From positions 649-64,648 of the forward strand of contig CAYGCR010000009.1 of NCBI GenBank assembly GCA_964348415.1: DNA of 64,000 nucleotides, given 5' to 3'. The number at the start of each line of letters is the position of its first letter. Positions within the stretch are counted from its first letter, which is position 1. Source of the DNA: an uncultured Ignavibacteria bacterium. GTDB taxonomy: Bacteria > Zixibacteria > MSB-5A5 > SM1-73. The notes under the pieces were generated by a model that worked only from the letters and a program-made list of their open reading frames with translations, searched no databases and was not told where the DNA came from. The position numbers and the translations under genes are program-made. This document shows, one piece after another, positions 29,201 to 38,622 of the stretch.

Positions 29201-29662
29201 ATGAGGCGTATCACACTCGTGCTTGTTGCGGGATTGGCTTTGATCCTTGCCGGTTCCGCCATATACGCACTGAACTGCAATGTCTCCTTCAGCTCGGTGC
29301 TCAGGATGGATGCTAGCGGCTATTGCCAGGCTAATGACTGGGTCATCGACAATCAGACTGACTTTTGCAGCTTCTGGAACCAGGCCAATGTTATCAGGCT
29401 TCCCCCTCCACCATGTCCGGAGATCGACTTTTCAACCTATGTGGTTATTGTGACCGCTATGGGGACCAGGCCCAATGGCTGCTACGGCACGGAAATCTAC
29501 TGCATTGAGGAGGACCAAAAGGGCAACTATACCGTCTATGTGAAGGATTACTATCCTAGAAAGGGATGGTTCTGCACTCAAATGATAGTCTGCCCGCTTC
29601 ATGCAGTCAAGGCACCAATTCCGAGGGGGACGGTAACGTTCCAGCATGAAATAGGTCAGTAG
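29201..29662 (+). CDS. secreted PrcB_C-domain protein
   Basis: Signal peptide MRRITLVLVAGLALILAGSAIYA. PEIDFSTYVVIVTAMGTRPNGCYGTEIYCIEEDQKGNYTVYVKDYYP...CPLHAVKAP fits the PrcB C-terminal domain pattern. Confidence 0.55.
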   Translation: MRRITLVLVAGLALILAGSAIYALNCNVSFSSVLRMDASGYCQANDWVIDNQTDFCSFWNQANVIRLPPPPCPEIDFSTYVVIVTAMGTRPNGCYGTEIYCIEEDQKGNYTVYVKDYYPRKGWFCTQMIVCPLHAVKAPIPRGTVTFQHEIGQ

Positions 29663-29738
29663 ATCGTTTGGTGCGAGTAGCAGGTGATGTTCCGGCCCGC
29701 TGGCTTTAGCTACAGCCCCAAAGACTATCGATTCTTAC

Positions 29739-30413
29739 TTAAAAACCCGGTCGCAGCTTCTCCGCGATAACCAGCCACCTGAAAAGCCGGAATGAAGGCG
29801 TTTCGATTTTCACTATATCTACAATTCGGCAGTTTTCACTGCAGTTTATCTCTCGAACTTCCCTGTAAGCGCCTTTCCCCTTATACGCCACCAATAATCC
29901 GTCTGCTTTCAGGAAAGGCATGCCGAGTCTGACCATATCTCTGAGTTTCCCCACTGCCTTGGCAGTAACCAGATCGAATCTTTCTCTCAAGCCAGTCTGA
30001 TCTGAGAGTCCCTCGGCTCGCTGGTCGAGTACCGATATGTTCTCAAGCTTCAGAACATCACTCAGTTTCCGCAGAAATAGCGTCTTCTTATGAATCGATT
30101 CCACCAGTGTCATTTTGACATCATCTCTGACGATTTTGATGGGGATAGCCGGAAAGCCTGGTCCAGATCCAAGATCCAAAAGCTCTGCCTGATTCGGCAG
30201 GTTGACAGCCTTGAAGATCGAGAGTGAATCGACGAAGTGTCTCATGATGCGGTCGTCTGTAGCATCCTTTTTGGAAACAAGATGAATTCTCTGATTCCAT
30301 TCCAGAAGCAGGCCTACGTAATCTTGGAAACTCTCTATCATCTTCTCAGAGAGGCTTACTCGGAATGAGGAGCAGATTCCTTTGAATTGGCTTATTTGAT
30401 GAGGGGAGAGCAT
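29739..30413 (-). CDS. rsmG: 16S rRNA (guanine527-N7)-methyltransferase RsmG (GidB)
   Basis: SAM motif LLDLGSGPGFPAIPIKI. Typical length. Downstream of mnmG. Confidence 0.9.
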   Translation of the reverse strand: MLSPHQISQFKGICSSFRVSLSEKMIESFQDYVGLLLEWNQRIHLVSKKDATDDRIMRHFVDSLSIFKAVNLPNQAELLDLGSGPGFPAIPIKIVRDDVKMTLVESIHKKTLFLRKLSDVLKLENISVLDQRAEGLSDQTGLRERFDLVTAKAVGKLRDMVRLGMPFLKADGLLVAYKGKGAYREVREINCSENCRIVDIVKIETPSFRLFRWLVIAEKLRPGF

Positions 30414-30444
30414 TTGATATGATCAGATTGGGCAAGAGTCAGGC

Positions 30445-30460
30445 TGTTTCACGTGAAACA
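30445..30460. promoter_or_regulatory. perfect 16-bp palindrome TGTTTCACGTGAAACA (candidate operator), between mnmG stop and rsmG start
   Basis: Exact inverted repeat with CACGTG core, 32 nt upstream of the rsmG ATG. A second copy sits directly upstream of mnmG. Confidence 0.5.
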
Positions 30461-30470
30461 TCAGAAGCTG

Positions 30471-32381
30471 TCAACGGATTGAGCGGACATCATCCGTTCT
30501 ATCCGTTTGATCCGTTGACCGTTTTGCTCCGAACTGCTTGAGATAAACCATCAAGATAGCTACGTCCCCGGGTGACACACCAGAGATGCGGGAAGCTTGT
30601 CCGACTGAGACCGGCTTGACTCTTTTCAGTTTCTCCAGAGCCTCCCGTTTGAAGCCCTTGAGGCCATCGTAGCTGAAGTTTTCCGGTATCCGCATCGACT
30701 CCAGCCTCTTGGACTTCTCGATCTCCTTATTCTGCCTTCGAATATAGCCCTCGTATTTGATCTCCAGCTCCACCTGGTCAGAAACCTCTGGCGCTACCTC
30801 CTGCGCTTCCCAGTCCACCTTTCTAACATCCTGGTAGGTGATCTGCGGCATCCTCAATATCTTTGCCAGAGACATCTTTCGACTATTCTCCATTTCCCCC
30901 AGAAGATGAGGAAAAGAGGACAGAGAAACGAACACTCGTTTCAGCCGAGCTTTCTCCTTCTCCACCCCTTCCCTCTTTTCTCGATACTTGACGTAGATCT
31001 CGTCTGAGACCAGTCCGTATGTGTGTCCGTATTCGAGCAGCCTCTGGTCCGCGTTGTCTTCTCTCAGCACCAGCCGGTATTCGGCTCGCGAGGTGAACAT
31101 GCGATAAGGCTCCTCCGTACCTTTGGTGACCAGGTCATCAATTAAGACTCCAACGTAGGCCTCGCTCCTTTCCAGCACGAAGGGTGGGGCCCCCTTTAGC
31201 TTCAAAACTGCGTTTATCCCCGCCATAATTCCCTGAGCTGCCGCCTCTTCGTACCCGGACGTCCCGTTGATTTGCCCGGCAAAATAGAGATTCTCCACCA
31301 GCTTTGTCTCCAGCGTATGCTTCAGCTGTATCGGAGGGAAGTAATCATATTCTATCGCGTAGCCGGTTCGCATCATCCTGGCATTCTCAAGACCGGGGAC
31401 GGTTCTGAGAGCTCTGAACTGAACATCTTCGGGCAGGCTGGTGGCAAAGCCATTCACGTAGTACTCGGCAGTCCCCAGTCCTTCCGGCTCAAGGAATAGC
31501 TGGTGTCTGGGCTTCTCTCGGAACTTGACCACCTTATCCTCGATGGAAGGACAGTACCGGGGTCCAATCCCCTGGATCTTGCCACTGTAGAGGGGCGATC
31601 TGTCCAGATTATTCAGGATTACCTCATGGGTGCCTGAGTTGGTGTAAGTCAAATAGCAGAGGGCTCTGTTCCGGGGCGGGTTCTTTGTCCGAAGAGAAAA
31701 CGGCTTGGGGTGCTCATCCCCGTGCTGAGGAATAGTCTTTGAGAAATCGATGGTTCTTCCGTCCAGCCGGGGAGGTGTCCCGGTCTTCAAACGTCCTGAG
31801 CGAAAACCGAGCTTGACCAGATTCTCAGTGAGACCGCGGGCTGGGAATTCTCCTGCTCTGCCCGCCGAGAACTGCTCTAATCCTATGTGAATCAAACCAT
31901 TGAGAAACGTGCCGCAGGTCAGGATGACAGCATTTGAGTAATAAGCCATCCCCGTTCCTGTGACCACTCCGTAAGCTTTTCCGCTCTTCACCAGGACTTC
32001 GATAACCATATCCTGTTTTATAAAAAGGCGGTCTTGATTCTCGATAGATTCGCGCATTGCCAGACGATACAACGACCTGTCGTTCTGGGTACGCGTGGAC
32101 CAAACCGCCGGGCCTTTCTTCAGATTCAGCGTCTTGATCTGGATGGCTGTCTTATCTGCTATGAAGCCTATCTCCCCCCCCAAGGCATCGATTTCTTTAA
32201 CCAATTGCCCTTTAGCCTGACCGCCTACTGCCGGATTGCATGACATCTGGGCGATGGTCTCCTTGTTCATGGTAAAAAGGAGGGTCCTCTGCCCCATCCT
32301 GGCGGCAGCCAGTGCTGCCTCACATCCGGCGTGCCCGGCACCTACAACGATTATGTCGAATTCCTCTTCGTACGTCGGCAT
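30471..32381 (-). CDS. mnmG: tRNA uridine 5-carboxymethylaminomethyl modification enzyme MnmG (GidA)
   Basis: FAD motif [20 protein letters not shown]. Full-length 636 aa. Confidence 0.95.
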   Translation of the reverse strand: MPTYEEEFDIIVVGAGHAGCEAALAAARMGQRTLLFTMNKETIAQMSCNPAVGGQAKGQLVKEIDALGGEIGFIADKTAIQIKTLNLKKGPAVWSTRTQNDRSLYRLAMRESIENQDRLFIKQDMVIEVLVKSGKAYGVVTGTGMAYYSNAVILTCGTFLNGLIHIGLEQFSAGRAGEFPARGLTENLVKLGFRSGRLKTGTPPRLDGRTIDFSKTIPQHGDEHPKPFSLRTKNPPRNRALCYLTYTNSGTHEVILNNLDRSPLYSGKIQGIGPRYCPSIEDKVVKFREKPRHQLFLEPEGLGTAEYYVNGFATSLPEDVQFRALRTVPGLENARMMRTGYAIEYDYFPPIQLKHTLETKLVENLYFAGQINGTSGYEEAAAQGIMAGINAVLKLKGAPPFVLERSEAYVGVLIDDLVTKGTEEPYRMFTSRAEYRLVLREDNADQRLLEYGHTYGLVSDEIYVKYREKREGVEKEKARLKRVFVSLSSFPHLLGEMENSRKMSLAKILRMPQITYQDVRKVDWEAQEVAPEVSDQVELEIKYEGYIRRQNKEIEKSKRLESMRIPENFSYDGLKGFKREALEKLKRVKPVSVGQASRISGVSPGDVAILMVYLKQFGAKRSTDQTDRTDDVRSIR

Positions 32382-32383
32382 AC

Positions 32384-32398
32384 TGTTTCACGTGAAAC
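32384..32398. promoter_or_regulatory. second copy of palindrome TGTTTCACGTGAAAC immediately 5' of the mnmG start codon
   Basis: 15/16 match to the 30445 copy. Ends 3 nt from the mnmG ATG on the coding strand. Confidence 0.5.
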
Positions 32399-32481
32399 GG
32401 GTTCGTATCGGTCGCATTCATGCGACCACAGAACAGCGTAGCCGGAGCCATGCGGTTTTCAAGAATCTACGCATCTGCGGC

Positions 32482-33063
32482 TCAAGCTTTTTGCGTGTTT
32501 CTCTCAATCCTGCTCAAGACCTCCAGCATCTCCCTCAAGAGCTCCTCTTGACCGCGCTCTCTTGGTTTATCTTCTGTTGTCAGAGCGTCGGACTTCACCA
32601 AGCGCACCTTCTGCATTATCTCTTCCTTGATCCTATCGAAATCATCCAGACCTACCAGCTTCCCTTCAGGTGACGTGTTGGCACCATGGCCGGCAGTCTG
32701 GACATTCAAGTGCCCTAAATCAAAACGTCTTTCCAAAGGTCCCTGAAGCGTGTTCAGGTTGGTTATCTTGTGGAAGGGAATCACCTTTCTCTTTTTCCAG
32801 AAGACACCGCTCTCCAGTCGCAGATCCTGCGACGAGAGCTCATATCTCAGCGTCTTGATATATGCGAGTAAATACAGCTGAAGCAGAATAAATGTGATGA
32901 CTCCCAGAATTCCTATGACCAGAGACCACAAATCGTAGAGATAGCGGGGCCTCTGTCTCAGGATCTGAAGCACAACCACTGGCAACGGACAATAAAGGAC
33001 GAATACGAGGGAATTGATCAGCGTGTACAAATTCTTGATTTTGGGGGCCGGCTTGATTTCCAT
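32482..33063 (-). CDS. membrane protein with bacterial PH (bPH_2 / YdbS-like) domain
   Basis: Two N-terminal TM helices then KVIPFHKITNLNTLQGPLERRFDLGHLNVQTAG, typical of the bPH_2 membrane-flanked domain. Confidence 0.55.
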   Translation of the reverse strand: MEIKPAPKIKNLYTLINSLVFVLYCPLPVVVLQILRQRPRYLYDLWSLVIGILGVITFILLQLYLLAYIKTLRYELSSQDLRLESGVFWKKRKVIPFHKITNLNTLQGPLERRFDLGHLNVQTAGHGANTSPEGKLVGLDDFDRIKEEIMQKVRLVKSDALTTEDKPRERGQEELLREMLEVLSRIERNTQKA

Positions 33064-33152
33064 GATATTTTCTCCTTTACTGGCATCTTTGCTGTTTCAT
33101 ATTCGGTCGGGGCCGCATCCGTGCGGCCTGTCGGGTTCGATGAACCGAACCC

Positions 33153-33685
33153 CTACGATTCCCCGTAGCGCTCCCAGTGCAGAACTTCAGACAGCGCCTT
33201 CTTCGGCGGAGGCTTGGACCATTGAACCGGTTCACCTAGAGCAATCAGCAACAGGATTCTCCTGTCTTTGGGCACCGCTAGCAGTTCCTTGAATTTCTCT
33301 TCATGCGGACGCATCTGACCTTCAATCCAGCAGCTTCCCCAACCTAAGTCTCTGGCTGTCAATAAGATATTCTGTGTGGCCGCTGATCCATCCTCTCCCC
33401 AGTATTCATGCGACCCATCAAGGACAACTGCAATTATGGCAGATGTTCCGTCAAACTTACCGTCATCCTGTGTGCTAAACTTCCTTCTGGTTCTAAAATG
33501 ACTGGTGATTTGCTTTAGCACACCTCTCCCTGTGTCACAATGATGAAATCCCATCTCTGTTCATTCCTGGCTGAGGGAGCAAGTCTACCTGCATCCACCA
33601 TCTTCTCTAAATCGCTTTTAGGAATCTTCTTTCCGGTAAACGTTCTGATGGCTCTTCTGATCTCAATCGCTTCCCAAACATCCAT
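33153..33685 (-). pseudogene. nitroreductase family gene disrupted by a frameshift
   Basis: N-terminal part MDVWEAIEIRRAIRTFTGKKIPKSDLEKMVDAGRLAPSARNEQRWDFIIVTQGEVC* (33685-33515) is the canonical nitroreductase N-terminus. The C-terminal part (QNILLTARDLGWGSCWI) continues in the +1 frame (ORF 33153-33554). Single-nt indel near cagggagaggtgtgctaaag, no homopolymer. Confidence 0.65.
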
Positions 33686-33755
33686 TACACTTTCCTTCCA
33701 AGTCTATTGTATTCGAATCTTGTCACAGTATCGAATAAGCTGGAAGACTAAATGG

Positions 33756-36095
33756 CTACTTGTTTTTGACCTCACACAAAACCGCATGAAACGGATTCAA
33801 AATCACCTGTCGGGGCTCCAGAGGTGCTTTGGGCAATTCATACTTATTGTGAGGCTTGTCCACCCACAACCGCAGCACCGCATACATATCCCCGCCGAAA
33901 TCCAAAAGCACCGGAACCCACATCTTGAAATCCTCCGGAACCTTTTCCTGGGTAATCTCACAGGTCACGACGTATTTGTCGGCCACTTGCTCGATGTCGT
34001 AAGAGAATATGTAAGTTGGGATATCAACGCCGTAAACCCATTGATCGAAGAACCAGTCCATATCCTCGCCCATGTGCTTCTCCACAATCTCCTTGAAATC
34101 CTCGGTGCAGGCGTTCTTTCCCCGGTAAGTTTCGGCGAAATCCCTCATCATCTCTTTGAACCGATCATCGCTTTTGGTGTCAAAGTCCATCATTATGTTT
34201 CTGAGCATGTGCACCACGTATGCGCCCTTTTCGTAGACCAAGATGCCATAGTCCTGGGACTTTGATGAATTGAGGCGCCGTCCCAACCATATAGGTCCCA
34301 CTTTTGAACCCTCAGCCCATTTGTACCCCTTTCCCGTGATGTCCTTTCGCCATTCCTCAAGCTCTTCGAAGAAAGCCTCATTGTCCTGCATAGACATCTG
34401 GGCATACCAAACTCCGGAGTATTCGGCAAAACCCTCACAGAGCCACTGATCATGGTACCTCTCCCATCCCACAACGTTTCCCCACCATTGGTGAGAGACT
34501 TCGTGCGCGCGAAACGACTCGGTCCGAAACCTCGTCTCCTGGATTGCCTCATCTACTGCAAATGTTCCCCAAGACAGCCGCAGCAGTCCCGGCAGGCCCT
34601 GACCATAGAAAGAGGGAATCTCAGTGGCTGCGATCTTGGAAAAAGGGCAATCGCCGTAGATGGTCTGAAAGAAATTCAAGCTGTTAACAACGTCTGCTGC
34701 TACGCTTTCCTTGGATTTCTTATATTTCGTCATCATTTTTCTGTGACTTTTCTCCAAATGGTAAACGCAGACCGGAGGTATCCCCTCCATATCTACCTCG
34801 TAAGTCTCGAATTTCCCGTAGTTGAATGATGCCACAGAAACGGGGATGTCCTCAATCCATCGAGTACACAGAGAGTCGCCCTCAACCCACTCCTCTGCTT
34901 TCTGTCCTATCGAGATCAGCTGGTATCCCTCAGGACACTTGAAAGTCAGATCATAGGTGGCTCTCTTGAGATAACCATATTGGGGATACCAAAAGGTAGA
35001 AGACCTGATATAGAGGTCTCCGAGCCAGTCCTGCAAGATTATCTGTTTGGCAGAATACTTGAAGGTCAACTTGCGCTCCTCGCCTGACCTGGTTGGGCGG
35101 GAAAGGAACACAGAAACTCCATATTGCTCATCCCTCTCCTTGACGAAGAAAAGCGAATCGCCCTCATCGTCTGCAATTCGCTCGATTTCCAGGTCTCCGT
35201 GCAGATCAAAATCGATCACCTTAACACCATCCACTAAACTCTCAAAATCCATCTCTACAGCTGCGGATAGTTCTTCCTTGATGTTAATGCTCACCTCCAT
35301 CTTGTAGTAGGTCACTTTGATCTCATCCTTGTCTTCATGGGGAATAGGAGTGTATTTCTCAAGCGGGTTCTTAAGGTAATCTTCTGCTCTGTGAAAGGAG
35401 CAAACCAAGTCGCGCGCATCTATTCCGGGCCTGGGATCGGGCTTTTCCAGGCTCACCTCTTCCACCTGTTTCGGATCGAAGGTGAAAAAAAGGCGGCCTA
35501 AGTCTTTTGTTTCGATGTCCGCGTAGAAGAAACCGTTCGCTCGATCGGGGTGGCTGGTCAGGTATGATGAATCAGCCAGAATGTCGGACAGAACGCGAAC
35601 CCAGAGGTTTCCGCCGGTCTCTTTCAAGAACCGTCTCGGGGCATCTTTCCTCAGGAACTCGGGGGCTGTCATCATTTCTGCCTTAGAGAAACTCAGCATG
35701 CGTTCCAATTCCCTATCGGTCGAGTCAGAAAACAACATATACAGCTTCTCAAACTCTTCCGATAGAGTCCCCTGCTTCGTGAACCGCCTCAACTGATATC
35801 GCTCGATCTCCGTGGGTGGTGAGAACTCAAAAACTCCCTCTCCCACAAAAACCGCTCCGATGCTTCTCCCCTGCACCGGCTCGAACGCGTGTATCCTTCC
35901 CTGATTGAGCCTGAAAACTGCCACGTCCCTTTTCAAGACCAAGCTCTCCACTCTGGCCACCATGTTCTCGTCGAACGAGATGTTCTTGATCTGGTCATAA
36001 AGATTCGCCCATTGATCGAGCTCTTGTCCGAATGAAATCCCAGCCGCTGCAAGACCAATGACTATCAACAGTGAAATCATCTTGAGGGCTCTCAT
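33756..36095 (-). CDS. secreted M1-family zinc aminopeptidase (aminopeptidase N-like)
   Basis: HEVSHQWWGN...x18...EGFAEY zinc motif (HExxHx18E). Signal peptide MRALKMISLLIVIGLAAAGISFG. Start ATG 36095 with RBS gggggtgagg (the ORF track extends to 36263). Confidence 0.85.
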   Translation of the reverse strand: MRALKMISLLIVIGLAAAGISFGQELDQWANLYDQIKNISFDENMVARVESLVLKRDVAVFRLNQGRIHAFEPVQGRSIGAVFVGEGVFEFSPPTEIERYQLRRFTKQGTLSEEFEKLYMLFSDSTDRELERMLSFSKAEMMTAPEFLRKDAPRRFLKETGGNLWVRVLSDILADSSYLTSHPDRANGFFYADIETKDLGRLFFTFDPKQVEEVSLEKPDPRPGIDARDLVCSFHRAEDYLKNPLEKYTPIPHEDKDEIKVTYYKMEVSINIKEELSAAVEMDFESLVDGVKVIDFDLHGDLEIERIADDEGDSLFFVKERDEQYGVSVFLSRPTRSGEERKLTFKYSAKQIILQDWLGDLYIRSSTFWYPQYGYLKRATYDLTFKCPEGYQLISIGQKAEEWVEGDSLCTRWIEDIPVSVASFNYGKFETYEVDMEGIPPVCVYHLEKSHRKMMTKYKKSKESVAADVVNSLNFFQTIYGDCPFSKIAATEIPSFYGQGLPGLLRLSWGTFAVDEAIQETRFRTESFRAHEVSHQWWGNVVGWERYHDQWLCEGFAEYSGVWYAQMSMQDNEAFFEELEEWRKDITGKGYKWAEGSKVGPIWLGRRLNSSKSQDYGILVYEKGAYVVHMLRNIMMDFDTKSDDRFKEMMRDFAETYRGKNACTEDFKEIVEKHMGEDMDWFFDQWVYGVDIPTYIFSYDIEQVADKYVVTCEITQEKVPEDFKMWVPVLLDFGGDMYAVLRLWVDKPHNKYELPKAPLEPRQVILNPFHAVLCEVKNK

Positions 36096-36314
36096 AACCT
36101 CACCCCCTGAGTTCTGTCGGCTTGTCGTTTCAATGAAGTTACCCGTGAAAAAGGTAACTATACCCAACCAGATTAATATAGGCGGAGACTGTATAAATGT
36201 AAAGCAACTTTTGTTTCCGTCCTTAAGAGTGGCCTGGGCCGAGACGATAAACAAATTTGTCAAGCTGGGTAGATTATCTGTTCTTTAAAATAAATCGCAA
36301 AAGGAGGGGCATCC

Positions 36315-36884
36315 ATGAACGGAGCCATGTTCAACAGTCTGGCTCGCTTCATCGATAAGAATTATCCCCAGGTTTCCTTCACCGATCTTTGTCAGAAGGC
36401 AGCTTTGAAAACCAATATCTTCGCTGAATTAACCTGGTATCCAGATAAAGATTTTTCAAACCTCGTGCAGGCTTTAAGCGACCAGACAGACATACAGGTC
36501 TCTGCACTCTGGAGAGAGTTGGGAAGAGAAACTTTCACCTACTTTGCTGACATCTTCGGCGACTATATGAACCAGGTCAAAAGCTTTCCCGATATGATCA
36601 CAGCAGTAAACAGGATTCACCATGACATAAAGCACGATGGGCTGGGAACTCCTACCCGTCTGGAATTCAGAAAAGCCTCGCAGGACCAGTTTGAAATCAG
36701 ATACTCCTCAGATAGAAGTTTCAACGATTTCTTCTTGGGAATGTTAGAGGGCGCCGCCAGGCATTTTCAATCGGAGGTGAAGATCCTCGGAAGAAAGGAA
36801 AGAGGAAAACTCATCGTTACCATCAAGCTCAAAGAACCTGAGATGGCGATAGTCAAGCTAAGGGCATCCAGTCTTGTTCGATAA
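36315..36884 (+). CDS. stand-alone H-NOX (haem nitric oxide/oxygen binding) domain protein
   Basis: Aligns along its length with Tt H-NOX: MNGAMFNSL..., proximal His in NRIHHD, Y-x-S-x-R haem-propionate motif in EIRYSSDRS, and GMLEGAARHFQSE ~ GLIEGSSKFFKEE. Distal-pocket Tyr replaced by Phe (FNDFFLG). Confidence 0.8.
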   Translation: MNGAMFNSLARFIDKNYPQVSFTDLCQKAALKTNIFAELTWYPDKDFSNLVQALSDQTDIQVSALWRELGRETFTYFADIFGDYMNQVKSFPDMITAVNRIHHDIKHDGLGTPTRLEFRKASQDQFEIRYSSDRSFNDFFLGMLEGAARHFQSEVKILGRKERGKLIVTIKLKEPEMAIVKLRASSLVR

Positions 36885-36997
36885 GTCCTCCTTGCATGGG
36901 TAAACGGCGGAGTTTGCCGGAACCTCTTCGAAAAGTAAGGGTGGAGCCTCAGCTCCACCCTTTTTCGCGGGGTCGTCCCGACTCTTCTTGCGGAGAG

Positions 36998-38404
36998 TCA
37001 TTTTCCAATACAGAATTCAGAAAATATCTTATTCAAGATGTCATCGGTGACCGTTTTCCCGATCACCTCGCCGATTGCATCCAGCCCAGCTCTCACATCC
37101 AGCGCCACAAACTCCGGACTCATACCCTTCTTCAAGCTGCCTCTTGCCAAAAACAGGCTTCTTTTTGCTCTGGTGATAGCATCTTTATGCCTTAAGCTTG
37201 AGATGATCACGCTTTGAGTCCGGTCCTTCTGTAGGACGCGGGAGGTCGATACGATCGTCTCCTTTAGCCGCTCGAGACCTTCTCCTGTCAGAGCAGAGAC
37301 CTTGACTATCGACCCCTCCGTAAGCCTTTCCTGGTTTTTTGCTATCAAATCGGGCAGAGCTATGTCAATTTTGTTGAATACGGTCAGGTATTTCACCTCT
37401 TTCATTTGCCCTTGTAGATCCAGATCCTCTTGGTCGACCTTAATGGAGGTGTCGATGACCAGAAGGAGTAAATCCGCCTCACTCATCTCGATCTTTGTTC
37501 TCCTGATCCCTTCCAGTTCGATGGTATCTCCGGAGATGCGGTAGCCCGCCGTGTCCACCAATCTCACCGGGATTCCCTGTAAGTTGGCGTATTCTGAGAT
37601 GACGTCCCTGGTGGTTCCGGGGATGGGTGTCACAATCGCTCGATCCTCCTTAAGAAGAGCGTTCAGCAGGCTGGACTTGCCCACGTTGGGCTTGCCCACG
37701 ATGACGACGTTCAAGCCTTCTTTGAGAATCTTGCCCTCCCCATACGTGGCAAGCAGATTCTGCAGCTCCTTTTCGATTGATTCAATCTCCTCAAGAGTCT
37801 TGTTCCTATCCAGAGGCTCCACATCTTCCTCTGAAAAATCTATTTCCACCTCAAGCCTGGCCAGCATGTCGATTAATCGGTCTCGATAGGAGTTGATCTT
37901 CTCTGAAACATCGCCTTTCAAGTGTTTCAGAGCCAGTTTAAGTCCCAGATCGGTCTTAGCCCTGATTAGCTCTGCCACAGCTTCCGCCTGGGAGAGATCT
38001 ATTCGCCCGTTGATGAAGGCTCTCAGGGTGAATTCGCCTGGCTCCGCCAATCTGGCGCCGCATTTTAGCGCCTGCTCCAGCACTCTTGTCAAAACCAGCT
38101 GCCCTCCATGACAGCTTATCTCAACCAAGTTTTCCGCAGTATAGCTTTTGGGAGCAGCGAAGACGGTAAGGAGAACCTCATCCACAACTTCGTTAGTCTC
38201 AGAATCAACTATTTCGCCATAACTGACCCGGTGTGAAGAAAGCTGGTCAACTGACCTTTCTCCTTTAAAGATTTTTCCGGCGATTTTGATGGAGTCCTTG
38301 CCGGAGATGCGAACTACGCCTATCCCTCCCTCACCCAACGGGGTGGAGATTGCAGCTATTGTGTCCTCAAGCCCTGAAGCGGTATCTCTTCCCTTCTTTG
38401 CCAT
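36998..38404 (-). CDS. mnmE: tRNA modification GTPase MnmE (TrmE)
   Basis: G-domain NVVIVGKPNVGKSSLLNALL. C-terminal CIGK motif. 468 aa. Confidence 0.95.
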   Translation of the reverse strand: MAKKGRDTASGLEDTIAAISTPLGEGGIGVVRISGKDSIKIAGKIFKGERSVDQLSSHRVSYGEIVDSETNEVVDEVLLTVFAAPKSYTAENLVEISCHGGQLVLTRVLEQALKCGARLAEPGEFTLRAFINGRIDLSQAEAVAELIRAKTDLGLKLALKHLKGDVSEKINSYRDRLIDMLARLEVEIDFSEEDVEPLDRNKTLEEIESIEKELQNLLATYGEGKILKEGLNVVIVGKPNVGKSSLLNALLKEDRAIVTPIPGTTRDVISEYANLQGIPVRLVDTAGYRISGDTIELEGIRRTKIEMSEADLLLLVIDTSIKVDQEDLDLQGQMKEVKYLTVFNKIDIALPDLIAKNQERLTEGSIVKVSALTGEGLERLKETIVSTSRVLQKDRTQSVIISSLRHKDAITRAKRSLFLARGSLKKGMSPEFVALDVRAGLDAIGEVIGKTVTDDILNKIFSEFCIGK

Positions 38405-38462
38405 GTGGCAAATATACCTGTTTTAACATCCAATGTAAAGTCGCCCTCAAGCAAAGAAAACA

Positions 38463-38485
38463 GGGGCGGGATGAATTCCCGCCCC
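38463..38485. repeat. palindromic hairpin repeat GGGGCGGG-ATGAATTC-CCGCCCC (copy 1), terminator-like
   Basis: 8-bp GC stem with EcoRI-site loop. On the minus strand it is followed by a U-rich tract, downstream of the 38623-40176 gene. Confidence 0.6.
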
Positions 38486-38622
38486 TATTAACTTCGCAGT
38501 TTCAGCACGGCTCGCATCCATGCGATCTGGACGGGTCCGATGAGCGGACGCCCTACAGGCCTGCAGGGGCCGTCCGCCTTCGTCCGTCTGGGTGAATCGA
38601 ACCCCCACGCCTCACTCCCTCA

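Noticed and set aside
33540-34265. 241-aa plus-strand ORF
   Set aside because: Lies entirely antisense within the well-supported M1 aminopeptidase gene (33756-36095). Low-complexity, no family signal. Spurious.
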